This document shows positions 35,801 to 50,800 of a DNA stretch of 64,000 nucleotides, piece by piece. How positions within the stretch are numbered: the stretch's first letter is position 1; the number at the start of each line of letters is the position of its first letter. Under the pieces are notes generated by a model. That model made no database searches, was not told the origin of the DNA, and saw nothing but the letters and a program-made list of their open reading frames with translations. The stretch is taken from the NCBI GenBank assembly GCA_903813345.2, contig CAIIXF020000001.1:44330001-44394000 (forward strand), written 5' to 3'. Origin of the DNA: Owenia fusiformis. Taxonomy: Eukaryota. The position numbers were made by a program, and so were the translations under genes.

Positions 35801-38800
35801 CATTCTCCAGGTCCTTGATGACATATGTTAGATTGTAGTCCAAGATCTCGATCTCATCAAGCAGCAGATGTGTACATGTGTCACATTCTGGAATATGTTT
35901 TGTTTTACATGTTGGTTTTCATAGAATATTATGAACATAGAGCAGAGTTGAAAAGCTATGTAATGTATAACAAATGTGTCATTACATTGTAAGTATTTAT
36001 AGGAATACATGTTCATCGTTTCCTCAATATATACCCGCAGCCTGAAGAGCATAAACGGAAAATGTTTTCACTGAATAAGGAAATATTTGATTAACTATGT
36101 TATGGTTTTCACTCATAAAAACAGAAGCCGGATATATCCTGAGTCGTATATAAATGGCTAAACACTTACCAACACATCCTTCATTTTCAACTGGGGCCCA
36201 GCGAGGCAGGCACATGTCGCACTTGGGTCCAGTTACACCTGGCAGACAGATACATTCTCCAGTACTCTGGTCACAAGTTGTAGCACCTTCATACTCACAG
36301 TCGCATTCTGTAAAGGGAAATAACAATTTCTCATTATTTTATTTTATTAATTGATATGGGAAGTAAAGCAAAATATTGAGAAATTTGGATGATTTTCAAA
36401 GCTGATTTACAAGTTCATTGCTGTATCAAGTCTTGCGTTACTGAAATTCAATAAACTTCAAGGTACAATATCACCTATATATCTTAAATACAACATTGTG
36501 TATAATAACTAGAATGTTACTTACTTTCACATCCATTTCGACCATAATTCCAGTAGCCCCTCTTGCACTGATTGCATTGTCGTCCAGTCACACCAGGAGC
36601 ACACTCACATTGGCCACTGCTAATGTCACAATCATCACTTAAAGATCCTTCAGCACAATCGCATCTCTCGCAGCCATTACAGCTATCGAACCCGAATGTA
36701 TATGGGGCGCATTGGTTACAGTCTCGACCAATCACATTGTTTTGACAATTACAGGTCCCAGTGAACTTATCACATGATCTGCTACCACACTGATCGCAAG
36801 TACAACCTCGACAGTCTCTTGCAAGGGCATCTCCCCAGAACCAATCGGCACACTGTTCACAATTTGGCCCAGTACTGTTATTGATACACCTAAGACATCC
36901 TCCAGTGGCCTTGTCACAACTGCTTGGGTCCATGAGGTTAATATTTCCACTGCACCCACATGGCTTGCATTCACCCCCAGGGATGTTAGGGTCCCCCCAG
37001 AAGCCAAGGTCGCATACCTCACAGAATTGGCCAGTGTAGCCAGGCTTACAGCTACACTTCACTACAGTGCCTCCTCCGCTCACCTCACAGGTGGTGGCAA
37101 AGCTGCAACATATCAATACATACAGCATCAGATCATTAGAGTTCACATTAGCTTGAAAAAACATGACCACTTGGAATTGTAGAAATTGATACAGTTGCTG
37201 ATAACACAAAAGAGCCACACAAAACAGTGACTTAAACACTAAGTTTAAAATATTAACACATCATGAATAGACTCTCTAACTCACTTGTTTCCCTCAACAC
37301 CCTGTGGACATGAGCAAATCTTGCATTCCTGGGTTCTCTGGTCTCTATAGTAACCCTCTTTACACACCTCACAGTTGGGTCCATCAGTGTTGTGTAGACA
37401 GTCCTTGAATATACAATGTGGTAATGTGTGTGTAACTGTATGTTAAGTGTTTTAATGTGTGTAACAACTGTTGATTCCTTAGACAATGACTGTTTGAGAA
37501 AATGACAAAATACCAAATGATTTAATTAATAACATGAATTTGCATAAAAATGATCAAATAACACCAGAGAACAAGAATTTGTGATCAACTTACAACGCAG
37601 ACTCCCGTCTCAGAATCACACCTATCAGAATGTCCATTACAATTGCATTCAACACAATCGCCCAAATATGGACCGCTACCATGGTAATATCCTTCAATAC
37701 AAGACTCGCAGGATGATCCTGTATATCTTGGGGGACATTCGCAGACCTCTACATTATGTGCAGCCATTCCAGACCCACTCCTGGAGGCAATGTCGAGGGA
37801 TGCATCACTTAAGCTGGCTTGTTCGATAACTGTATAGTATGATGCCCGGATTTTGATTGATTCAAGACGAGCAAGGATGGTCATGAATTGTTCGCGAGAA
37901 ACATCATTGTTTGAATCAGCGTGAGTGAAATGTCTCTGAAAACAAAAAAACAACAGCAAAATAATGACGTGATTAGAAACTCACACTAATCTAATATGTA
38001 AAAGAGATCTTGTAAAAGAGTTCCTGTAGAATATATTTCTGTACTAGAAGAAAACTTACCAACAAGGAACTTCAGGTGTACACAAGGGAATGAAATTTTA
38101 AAGACATTGGGGTAGGGGGCAATTTGCCCTTTGCTAGTATTATTTTTCGACTCTCAACAGGATAAAAATGAAAATATTCAACAAGTTGGAAGACTACAGA
38201 TCCAGCCCACACTGAGTATGCTTCTAACCTCCAAAAATGTTTAATGAAAATAAAAGGACTGACGATAATACAAGAGGCAACAGCAATATACACCCAAAAT
38301 ACCCCTCAAAATATTGCTCACCTCTAGCAGATCAACCTCTACTGTGAGGGGATAACCAGGTGATGGCTGAGTTTCTGAGAGATGAACAATGGTCATATTG
38401 TTTCCAACTAGGATCACATCATCTTCAATCAAACCCTCAGAATTTCCTCTTCTTGGAATGGTGAATAGCACTGAAAACATATTTGGGGTTAGTCATGTTT
38501 TATATAGGTTATAACAGATCATAAAAAATGTTGGTCTGAAATGGTAAAATATAAATATAATACAGGAAAGCCCAATGTTTGTGTTATTATTTTCATATTA
38601 AAACAATATATTGCCAATCCACTTACCTGTGTATGTCAGTTTACCACCGTATGATGTCACTCGGTTGCCATTGTAACGAGATGGTGCCACCCAATAGATA
38701 GCCTTGTTTGCATCAATGATGTTGTCTCTCACCTCCAAGGAGATTGTCTGTCCACGTTCATCAATGCGTGGATCGTAAACATTCGTAACCATCCAATTAG

Positions 38801-41800
38801 CCATGTGACGAAACTGGCTACGTCTCAACTGGGATTTCTCACAGACATTCGTTGCACCAAAACAGAAACATTTTGTGCACCCTTCTGGGTTTCTACTCTC
38901 CAAATAAAACGTTGCTGGTTTACATTGTTCACATTGGCGACCTTCAACATTCTCTTTGCAGATACACCTTGCAGATTGCTGGTCGCAGATATCTGGCATG
39001 GTACCTCTGCGATCACAGTTACATTCAGCACAGCCTGGGAAGCCATAATATCCAGCTAAGCAGAAGTTGCAACGTCGTCCACCTACATTATCTTTACAGT
39101 CACAGGCCCCTGTGTTGACATCACAGTTCATGTTGCGACCTCTTACACCTTGGCGGTCACAGTTGCAGTCCTGAATAGGATAACAAGATAATAAAATAAT
39201 TCTGATATGATAAGATATCAAGCTATATAATATAATCAGGACAAAATCTGTTAACCCGAGTTATATCACCTTGAGATACATGAAGCAGATATGTCTACAA
39301 GATTCTTCAAAGGCTCAACTCAATCTATCGGACATGATTTAACAAAACCTGAAAATGCATATAAAGTAAAATATTTGAGAATTCTAAGAAACTCTATTAG
39401 CACTGCCTGGCCTGAAAAGTTCACCTAATATTAAAATGTTCTTACCTCACATCCAATGAGGGGATCATAGCCAAAGGTCCTAGGTAAGCATGTGTCACAA
39501 TTTTCACCTGTCACTCTCTCTGGGCAAACACAACGCCCAGTCCTTGGCTCACAGAGGCCACTGGGACAGTTGCATCCTAATGAAAAATAAAATTGAAACT
39601 TAAGTAAAATGACACCCCATTTGCATAAGCTAACCTTATTACACTGAAAAATACACATGTTCTGTACAGAGTGACAGCCCACTAATTTTGACTCTTTAAC
39701 TTTCTCAATTATAGTGAGGTTTCTTTTGTAAATGAGTGTTCAATCTGAGATGCTTATGCATTTTGGGTCCCATTGGTTTAACTCACTCTTGATGTTGACC
39801 ACTCAAATGCTTAATATGAACTTTTATGCGTTACAACAATAGGCAAAGGTACAGATACCAGCTTAAGTAAATAAACAAGTTGATTGGAACTTACGTTTGC
39901 AGTTGGGGAAGTCATAATATCCAGTCCTACATTGGCTACATGTTCTGCCAATGATGTATGGTTTACATTGACACTGTCCTCCGAACTCATTACAAGAGAA
40001 ACTGGTAGAACCATCGACATCACATCCACATGGTGACGCACCATTGTTGTATTCAGTTGTCAAGGTAAACACAGCACGGCGACAGAATCCTGGTCCAACA
40101 TCAGCTGGGTTTATTTCGAAGTTCTTACCAGCACATCTTGTGAAGAATTGACCAGTTTTGTCCATAGCGCCAAACTCAAGAAGGTTAGGGGTGAAATGCT
40201 CAGCTGGGACACTGAGGATGTAGTCCTAAATCATATATTACATTACTATATCAATAACAGACAAATACACAGTCATTAAATTACATAAAGATCTATATCA
40301 AAGAGTGACACATAGAATCTTGAAAATCTCATGAATAGGAAATATCCAAAGAATTTAGAACGCAAGGTTTCACAAATACAGGTAAGAGCTACACTAAGCA
40401 CAACACTTATATTGTAAACTCATAGTGTTATCAGATATACATGATATGATGGCTATACCTAGTATCTTACACATCCCATAGAAGTATCAAATATATTATA
40501 TAAAGCAAAAAAATGTACTAACCACAAATAGAGTCCTTCCTTCAGTGTTGTTAAAGATGATACGAACATCAGTGTTAGAGATATCCAAATGGTTCACATC
40601 CTCAAATGTAATCACGCCACGGCATCCAGATACACCAGGGCAGTACTCAGCTTTGAATCGACCTAGAAGTAAAATCATTTTACCTATTGTTAGCAGCATG
40701 TACATGTACTTCGATTGGAAATTTAGTGAAAATATTTGTTCCAATAAATATATTAATAGAGGTTCAAATGAATGGAATTATAATTCCTGACCAAATGATG
40801 TGAAGAAATTGGTCTAAAATGGTTAACTCCACACCATGAATGAATGTAAATCCTCAAATGCACAGCAACAATTTGACCATTCAAATCTTCCTAGTATTGA
40901 AACAACTGGGCAATTTATACTCACTTGAGATTTTGAAAGAAGGTTTGCACCTCTAAATGAGATCCTATTTTTGTGTTCTTTACTCAATTCTATTCGACCT
41001 AAATTGACTATAGCACTATCAGAAAAACTTTTCGAATGTTTACCTTGAGAGGATTGGCCATCAGCTTCTACAATGACATTGATATCATAGTCTACGCCAC
41101 TTGGTTGGTAATACTGTACAATAAACACATGTTTCCCAGGATTCAATACTTGAACATTCACACGAATATTTGGTTCTCTACGATCCAACTTCACAACCTG
41201 GAAATATAAAGAACAGTAAAGCATTTGAATTCACCTCTAACAAGTTTATGAATATTATTAAATTTCATGAAACAGAAATAATATAATTTCTGTTTCAGTC
41301 ATGCACTTTTATATTTACATTATGAAAACAACAAGAATGATGAAAAATTATTATTTTGTGTCTCACCTTGATAGATGTGTCTATGATTTTAGGAGGAAGA
41401 GTCTGTGAAACACGTCCTGAATTTTCCCCAGATTCAAACTCAGTCTTGACGGCACCTGTAGCACTGCTGTACATGCCTTCCATACAAACAGTGCCTTGAC
41501 GCACACACTCCAGTCTGGGCTTAAGATAGTTGATATCCCATTCAGCAATGGGGATAGCAATCACTGAATCCTATAAGAGGAAAGAAACCATGTGGTATAT
41601 AACAAGTTATTTATCATCATCGAATCATCACATTTCAAAATTTCCTGGATTTTGATTGGTCAAAATGTGTAAATTGTGGTAAATATGGGAGTAAAACTGA
41701 CCAAGAGCAGATCTGTGTTTCTGTTGCCTGAGATTGTAATAGAGGCGTAGTCTCCATCAATGGTGTAGATCCCTACCATATCATCACCATCCTTAATGAC

Positions 41801-44800
41801 CTGTTGGCATAGGGCACTGAAACATTCAAATTCACACTTCAGTTTCATAAACGAAAGATGTTGAACATCAATACAATAATGACCAATATAAAAGTACTCA
41901 GAAATGGAAATATGTGTTCATAATCCGCCATGCATCATGCATCTAAACCATTTTACAATTGATTTGCATAAGTGGTCACTGGAGAGTCATTAATAATTTT
42001 TAATCAACTCCAATGTTAATCAACTAAATGGGAAAATAATACATATAATATTTAAAAATATTCAAGTGTAAAAGTATTGTCATTTACAAAGGGGGGAAGC
42101 CTACCTGAATGGGCACGCATACATGTCAGCACTTCCAGTTCCACGAGCTCCTCGGGTAGCGACATCAAAATTGATAGTCTGAGTCTGTTTAGGTCTTGTA
42201 TTACGATATCTCACCACCAATACATACTGGCCGCTCTTTGCGACACGTACATTCAGATTTATTGAGTTCTGATCGCGGTTTAGTGGCGTCAGATAAGGTA
42301 CCCCAAGAGCATCAGCTGTTTCACGATCAGATGATGTGGTCACGCGACGTCTTTCTTGGTTTACAGTGACTGAACCTTCCTCTGCACGTGCTTTCTCGAA
42401 GTTGGCGAGATCAACATAAGTGTAATGACGACATGGTTGGCCATTGTCAGGCACGACACAAGGTTGAGAAACAAATTCCTGTAGAATAGTGGCCTCATAG
42501 TAAGCCTGTGGTAGCAGTACCAAGTAGTCCTGAAATAAAGGATAATTAAGGTTAAGAACTCCCAGAACAGTGAGATTTTGTGCAACACATTCGCGACCAG
42601 ATTTCTTAGAACTTCAAGCAAGTGAGTATACTTTAGGCATGTATATCTATTTGCCTTATATGTGAGTACAGTAGTAAGAAATTTAAAATGAACTGATCCA
42701 TAAAATTTTTGAATTATCTTAGACCTCACACTAGGGAGCATGGCAGGGTTAGTATCTTACAAATATCTGTTTTCCACTTTAATCTGGCATTTTCAGAAAC
42801 AATACTCATAGGAAGTACAGGATATAGATAAACACGCTGAACTTACAAGAAGTACATTCTCGGCTGTCTTCACTGAAATGCTCCATCTTCCAGGGTTCAG
42901 GACAAATGTAGCTATACCGCCAGTTCCAGCAACTGTCACAAATTGAGGAGAATAAGTCGACTCAAATGTCACAGAGCTGGATTGCTCTGCATCTACAGAG
43001 GTATCAGGTGTAACGGTAACCTCAGCAGTGATGGGGGCAGAGTTACGGCTGACATAACGGAACACGAGTCTGTATAAACTGGGCTTTGTGATGTCAACAT
43101 CTACCAGTACCTCTTCCTAGAACACCAAGAACAAATAAATCATAAAATTTGACTGAACAGTCCCATTTTACAGATAACACGGCATTGCAGGTATCATAGT
43201 CATATGCTATAAGTCAACTCTTAAATATGAACATGTATTTTAATTTTCAAAGGATTTAAATACAGTTACATTTATTGTCTAGACTTCATTACATACCTGA
43301 AGCCTTGACATGATGGCATAGCCTCTCCAGGAATAATCCGGGAAGGCATTGCTATCAAAGTTGTAGCGAACTTTCCCACCAGTGCTTGTGCGCCCATCTT
43401 CAAACTCAAACTTGTTCTCATGAAGAGTTGGGAAGAAATGTTTGGAAATTGGTTTGTCGCACTGTCTGCCTCTAATACGTGGCCGACAACTACATTGACC
43501 ATCTGACTGGCGACAGGTGTTGTCCAGTGCTCCACCAACATCACATTGGCAATCTGGTATAGCATAGAACAAACAATATGATAGAAAACCAAGTGATAAA
43601 AATATTAGTGGAATATTAAAGAAAGGACATTGCTTTCCTGGTTTAAGGAACACATTTGGCATGATGCATATCATAGAAGCAAATGAAAAAAGATGGACTT
43701 AGGGCCAATTTCTTATTCAGACTTTATTTGGTAGCTCATACAGTTATAGCAACTTTAAACAATGCACTTACTGGTACATCCAAACAAGTTATACTCCTGC
43801 AAGTCATATGTCCCAGGTGTGCAATCGGAACACTGCCTGTCAGTTGTAAATGTCTTACACACGCACTGTCCGTCTGCTGACTTGCAATCACTAGTGCCAC
43901 CTATTGTTCCAGGAGTGTGACAATTACAGGTTTCGCAACCCTGTGGGTTATTGACATTCAGGTTCCAGTAGCCTGGTTTACAGGTGTCACAGATATGACC
44001 TTGAACTTTGTCCTTGCACTCACAGAGCTGGCCATTACTGAAGGAACCACATCCTCCAATTGGGAGTCCAGGAATTGTACGAGCACCAGCTGGGTTGCAG
44101 TTACACTCTAGAACCACACACAGCGTTGCATTTATGTCAGCATTTGTACACTTTCAAACTACTAGGTCTAATTTTTAGAACTACCAAGAATAAATCTACA
44201 GAATAAACCATTTTAAGAATATTCAGAGATTAACCATTGACAATGATTTCTTAAAATCAGTATCTTTTTTAACTGACAACTCACTGGAATAATCGTATCT
44301 CAAGTCTCCAGGGCAATAAGAATTATACAAATCAAATGCATGTTTTTTCAATGTTACCTCTTGTGGATTCTAACTGACTCCAAACATACCTTCACAGACT
44401 GGATAGTTGTAGAAACCCTCCTTGCATTTGTCACAGTTCACACCTTCAAAGTTGTATCTACAGGTACAGTCTCCCCCTTCTTGGTCACATGATATACCAT
44501 ACGAGCCATATGGGTCACAATCACAAGAGTTGCATTCTGGGTACTTGAAATAGCCTGGAGCGCAGTTTTGGCACAACTGACCCCCATATTCAGGGTTACA
44601 GTAGCACTGGCCTCTGTCGTCACACGAATTTCCACGTGAGCCCGGGTCAGTACACTGGCACTCTATAATACAATAAAATACAAAACTGTGATATTATAAC
44701 ACAACAAAACTTTTCTTGTAACACATCTACCACAGATCTATAATATATTCTAATTATTTTTATCTAAAAAGGTTAAGTTATACCAAAGGCTAACATTCAC

Positions 44801-47800
44801 AAAGACAACCCTGTATTTATTTATCTGACATATACTCTAAAGATAAATCAAAGTGTTATTCTAGATCCAACCCTTTAATTTGCTGCAATTTTTCGAAATA
44901 TGTACAAGACAAAAAAACATGGCAAATCTAATTCTTATTCTAGGGTCTTGCAAAAATGACCTGTTTCACATTATTCATTTACTCAAGAAATCTCATACTC
45001 ACCCATACAGGTTGGGTAGTTATAGTAACCAGGTGCACACCGATCACATCTGTCCCCTCCATAGTTCTCCTTGCAGATACACTGTCCAAACAACTTGTCA
45101 CAAACCTCCTCAGCAGAGCCAATCATATCACAGCCACAGTAGTCACATGATGGGAAGTTGTAGTAGCCATTGGCGCATTCCCCACATGTTAGTCCTCCGT
45201 AGCTGTTGCTACATGTACACTGACCTGTTGTGACATCACAGCCACTACCAAGAGATCCAGTTCTGTCACAGGCACAGGCTGCAATGAAAACATCACATTG
45301 AATCTCTATCGACAGGCCACAATATCCTCGAACTATTTCAGATTACAGTTTTGATGCAGATAAAAAGTTAAATGTAATGGCCTTTATGGAAGTTTCAACC
45401 CCTGTCACCTGTATTGTGTACACATGATCAGGGAGATAAGTTCTTAAGAATACTACATAAATCATGATTCCTTGAGCTAATGGTCACCTGAATTACCTCT
45501 AAAGTGTTGTGAACCATGGGCAACATTAAAAAGGTTGCACCTTTGGAAAAAATAAAACTTACATCTGCAATTGGGAAATCCATAGTATCCATAGTCACAT
45601 TGGTCACAGAGGTCACCAGCATAGCCAACCTTACATGGACAGGTTCCTCTGATGGCTTCACAGTTCCCTGGTTGTGTTCCATTCACGTTGCAGTCACATG
45701 GTACACACCTTGGGTAGCCATAGTAACCAGGAGCACATCTATAACAACAAATAAATATTGATCATTTGTGATGCAACTATTTTATCCAAAGATCAATATC
45801 AATATCAACAAGATCAATATATACTGTAGAGTATCTAGGACTTATTATTTTGGGAGAGGTGGAGATTTGAAGTGCATGTATAATCAATCATGCTGCAACG
45901 TAAGCTCCAGCCAAGATGCTCAAGTCCAATAAGTGTTGATTTGGTCCATCTAATTTTTTCACTATGTACATTAAAATGACATGAAAATCAGTATATACTT
46001 CAATTTTGACCAGTCATTTGAAAGCCTATGGCACAGATCTGACCAATATATCAATAGTACCTGTCACAGTTCTCCCCGGTGTACTCCTGCCTACATTTAC
46101 AACGCCCTGTACCATCTTCACAGTCACCTGTAGAGTAAGTGGGGTCACAACGACAGCGCACACACACAAATGGGGAGTCGAGGGGAGTACCCTCTGGCCT
46201 GTAGTAACCAAACTTGCAGCGTTCACAGTTGATTCCCTCAGTATTGTGCTGGCAGTTTTGACATACACCACCACCCTCGTAGTTACCTTAAACATTCAAT
46301 TGTTCCATTATCTTTTATTAGGACTTATTTTGAATAAGAATCGTAAATTAGTCCTATGGGGTATATGGGGTATATTTTCCCTATCTGAACATTGGTGGTA
46401 CAGAATCGTGTGCTTAAAAAGTCACCTTTTCTGTTGAAAATGAATTAGAAGGCCTTTGAAGTATTCATCAATACTGTATGTGTACTATTCTGTTGAACAG
46501 TCACTTACCATAGATGTCTAAACTGGTCCTATTCTGGGCAACCTCTTCATTGTACACACATTCAGTGGTGTGACTGTGGCAATTACAAGGCTCGCATGGG
46601 TTGGTAACATATCGAGAGCTCTTCTGCCATTTCTTCTGTACAAAACCAGGACAGCACTCGTCACATTGATCACCGCATGTGTTGGTTTCATTTCTGCACC
46701 GGCAGATCAGTTTGTTAGGGTTCATTGGATCAGTTTTGTCGCAGACATCTGCGTGGCCGTTACAGACACATCTTCCACCTATTGAGATATCCTTGATACT
46801 GTAGTAGTACTAGAAATAGATATTGAAAAATATTTATCTCATGCTAACTACATACAATTAGTATGCAGAGGAAGACTGTTTGGTGTTATTGTGTGCTTTT
46901 TCTTCCTTTACAGTTTACAGAATACATATTGTTTTAGAATATCTTTCCTCTTTTACAATGTTCCTAATAGAACAAATTACCGATACATGGTTTTATCACA
47001 AAAGCCAAAGAATGGATGATTTATGTAATATCAACTTAAACAATACAAATCAAATATTTAATAGTAAAAAAAGGGACCAAGAAATATTTTATCATTCAGG
47101 ATTCCTATCATGCATTTTCTCATGATTTTCTGTATCATGTTACAACTTTTTTCTATAGTTCAGCTATTATGTAGGGAAAACAGGGACAATTCCTAACTTG
47201 TATAAATCTCTCAGAGAATGTTTAGAAAATTGATACTGTTTACTAAACAGATTAAAAGAAGTCTCCATTAATCAACATTTCACAGATTTATATTTACAGT
47301 TTAACCAGCAACTTAAGATTTCTTAGGTTGGGTTAACATTATCTTACATTTTTCACATATAGCATTGTAATTAACAGGATTAAAGTCTTATGTAATGACT
47401 ACATCTTAAAAGTAAACAGAATGATAATAGAAGACTTATCTTAGGAGTATATGCTAGACAAATAAATACAATGCCCTTTTTGTGAATCATACCCTTTGTA
47501 AATGGTATGACTTTACAACTCTTAAGAACATCATCTGTACTAATATTTCTCCCACATTTTGGGTTGAGGGTATGTTTCAAGTCAGGGAGATTTCTTCAGC
47601 CCTTATTAAATATGGTAGTTTGCCTAGTATGGAGATTAAATTATTGAGATGGGTGTTGGTTCTATTTGCTCTATTTTGAGATCTCTTAATTAAAAAGAGT
47701 TGAAGTACAGCACCCTAAAAACTCATCACCTGTCTCGGAAAGGGTATTTGATATTGCAGGCAATTTATGCTTCAAATCAGTCTAAATCGTATAGACTCAT

Positions 47801-50800
47801 GTAAAAATAAATTGTGTTTTTTTTTTGTCACACATTCCTCCGAAAAATGTATATTAATACAGTATATCTAAAAATATACTATACGTGTAGATATTATTTT
47901 ATGTTATAATAAAGTACCTCATGAGCCATCGTACTTCAGAAATTACACTTAACCTTTCATAAACAGCTTACCCAGACAGGCTGGAAATACCAACACCCAC
48001 CTCAATCAATTAAAACCTCTGATCTCAGACTAGTGGTAATCTACTTGATTCTCAAAGGATATCCTTCATGAAAGGCTACTGTGAAAAGGTATAAGGTTTC
48101 ACTTATCTCAGTAAGTCTGGCTTTACATACTTCCATTCAGGAAATTCCAATTTAGAACATGGTAAAGTTCCTAACTAAGTTTGAAGTAGCAATCAGGGCT
48201 CAGCACCATTAAGCCAGAAAATAGTATTTCAGCTGCCATAGCATTTTGTGGTTTTCATGTTGCACTAAAAGTTGTTGAAAGCTGACATTGCCTTGATAAT
48301 ATAAAAAAAATAGTTTACCCCAATTTACATTTCACTAAAAAATTGAAAAAAAAAATCTTTACAATAATGGTCTATTCTCTGAACATAACTTTTCAAAAGT
48401 TTATATGATTTTTATCACTTCATTAGGAGTCTATTTACAACCAAAAACCTTGCATTTTCTAAGGATCTCATCCTCTTTCACCCCAGGAGATCATAAGTCA
48501 ATTCTCACTTCTATTTTAAAATTATGGCCAAATTATAGTAATTATACCTTGACTAGAGGCCATTTTCTGCCTAACTGAACCTTTTGGACAGTTATCAACT
48601 TGTATAGTGTTGCTTTAGTGGGAAATAAAGTGAAATTTTATTCATTATGTCCAAAAGATATATTTTACATAGCCAGACAGCCAGACTGTTTTATTCACAC
48701 TTGACCAGTATCCAGGGGTTTCATTAGTCAAAGGCAACAAGCCATTTTCTTACGTTGTTTTTACCAAAATTGTCCTGTTTTCGTGTTAAAACCCCCTCCC
48801 CCAGATTAAATTCCCTTTGTCTTTGTTTTGTTGTTAGAAATTCCAAGAGAACCCCTGGGTATCATTAATTGTAGATATACTATAAATATGCAAATAATCT
48901 TGATCAATGGACATTTGAAGTCCAATGTCTTGTCCTCAAGAGCTCTATGGCACACTTCCTCCAAATGTTTTTCTGATATCTCACAAAAAGCCCTACACCT
49001 TTGGAAAATAAGTCAGAATTTGAAAAAATAGACCTCTCCAAAATGGACCCATAATTTAAGAGGAAATAACAGATCATCAAGAGGGTTTACTTTTGGCCCC
49101 TAAACTTTCGATTCCCTGTGAGGAATTCTGAAATAAATAAAAAACTGACATGATCTCCCCAAAGACAAGACTACTAGACCTCTAATTGAATGATTCCCTT
49201 GCTTCCTTATATATCTACATTTTTACCTTTTGAATTTATCTTGTATTGAGTTCTTTCTCCCTACTATGAAGTACTTACTTCTTCTACAACCACCTTGTAT
49301 ACAGAGTTGTTAAGGGAGGGAGGTACACAAGGCCTTGGTGCAAGACTATTATGTAGATGCATGGCAGCATTTGATATACACTAGCATGACCACCAAGCAC
49401 ATTAACAAGTCATGACCTATGGTTTGTTAATGGCCTACATATGTGCACTATCCTGACAGGGCGAGGCTATAAAAGCCATTACACTGAAGGAATGAATAAT
49501 GAGGAGCTATCTTAGAACTATATGGAAGTGAATGTACAGTACTACCAATCTTGGTGAACACACTTCACTCTCGTGAGCACCTCTATCTAGCCGATGGTGA
49601 ACAACACATCTCTCTAGTGAACACCTCTATTTAGATAACATTTGTCTGTACATTCACTAAAGGACAATGATATTGCCAAGTGACTTATAACCAAATCATT
49701 TCTGAAGTAAATAACTAACTACAATATACGTACAATGGTGTATTTAGTTTTTCTCATATAAAAAAGTCAAGATAAAAATGACATCACTGTCTTTGTTATT
49801 CGTAATTGAGAAAGATAAATCTAGATGACATCAAATAACTCGTATGCTTAGACAATATTTTCACTATATTTCATAAAATTGCACACTACAGGTGTGGTAA
49901 AACTTTCTATAACACCGCATTATATCATTCATCCTTGGGGCACTTAGATAACTTTGAGAACATGTGACATAATATTATCCTTAATTAATCAGGAATAGAA
50001 GAACATGTGAAGGAAATTCAGAAAGCTAAAGAGCCTTCATATCTTGAAGGTTTCATAGTGATTAGTTCGAAGGTTTCACTTTATTGGTGGAGATATAATG
50101 AGCACACCTCGCTAATACTGGTTTACTTTTACCTTCATATGGAGGCGTCCACTCAAAGTACTTCAAAACTCACTTTCTTCACTTCAACATTATGATAATT
50201 TTGGTCAAGCTGTTATGCGTGCCAAAAGATTATATACAAATTGAAGTTACAAAACAAATTATTGAACAAATGATTGTGTTTCATATTGTGTTTGTATCAA
50301 ATTTGGCCAATGTGCATATCTTAGAAAATATTGCCAAGAAATTGCAGTGAGAAAAAATGTATGGCTCAAACATATTATTTTTCATTTTAGTTTATCATAA
50401 ACTTATCAGACTCTGTAGTCACTAGTGAGTTAATTTAATAACAAACTCTAATTCATTTTTATTTAAGCGATGGAATGCCAAATTTATCTGACAGGAGTTG
50501 ACTTTTGCGCCAAAGTTTCTCCTGTATAATTCTTATCTGTCACATCTCAGTTATTTCCCTTTGTTTGCAAAAAGTCAACAAAATATTTTCATGTGGTAAA
50601 ATATAAATACACATTAAAAGTCTAGTATGTGGCCGCATTTGACCTGACTTATTTCCTGGCTAAAATGTTGGTTCTACCCACCCACGCTCATTGATAAAAC
50701 ACATCTGGTAATTTAAAGTATACATTCTAAGTGGAGTATTTAGTTAAACATTAGCCACCGATACTGGAGTAGTGTTTATACCATTGTACATGTAGTCTTG

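Noticed and set aside
49380..49420. Signal-peptide-like stretch ([17 protein letters not shown]) on the laminin strand in intron 3, considered as an alternative first exon
   Set aside because: An in-frame stop occurs before any donor.
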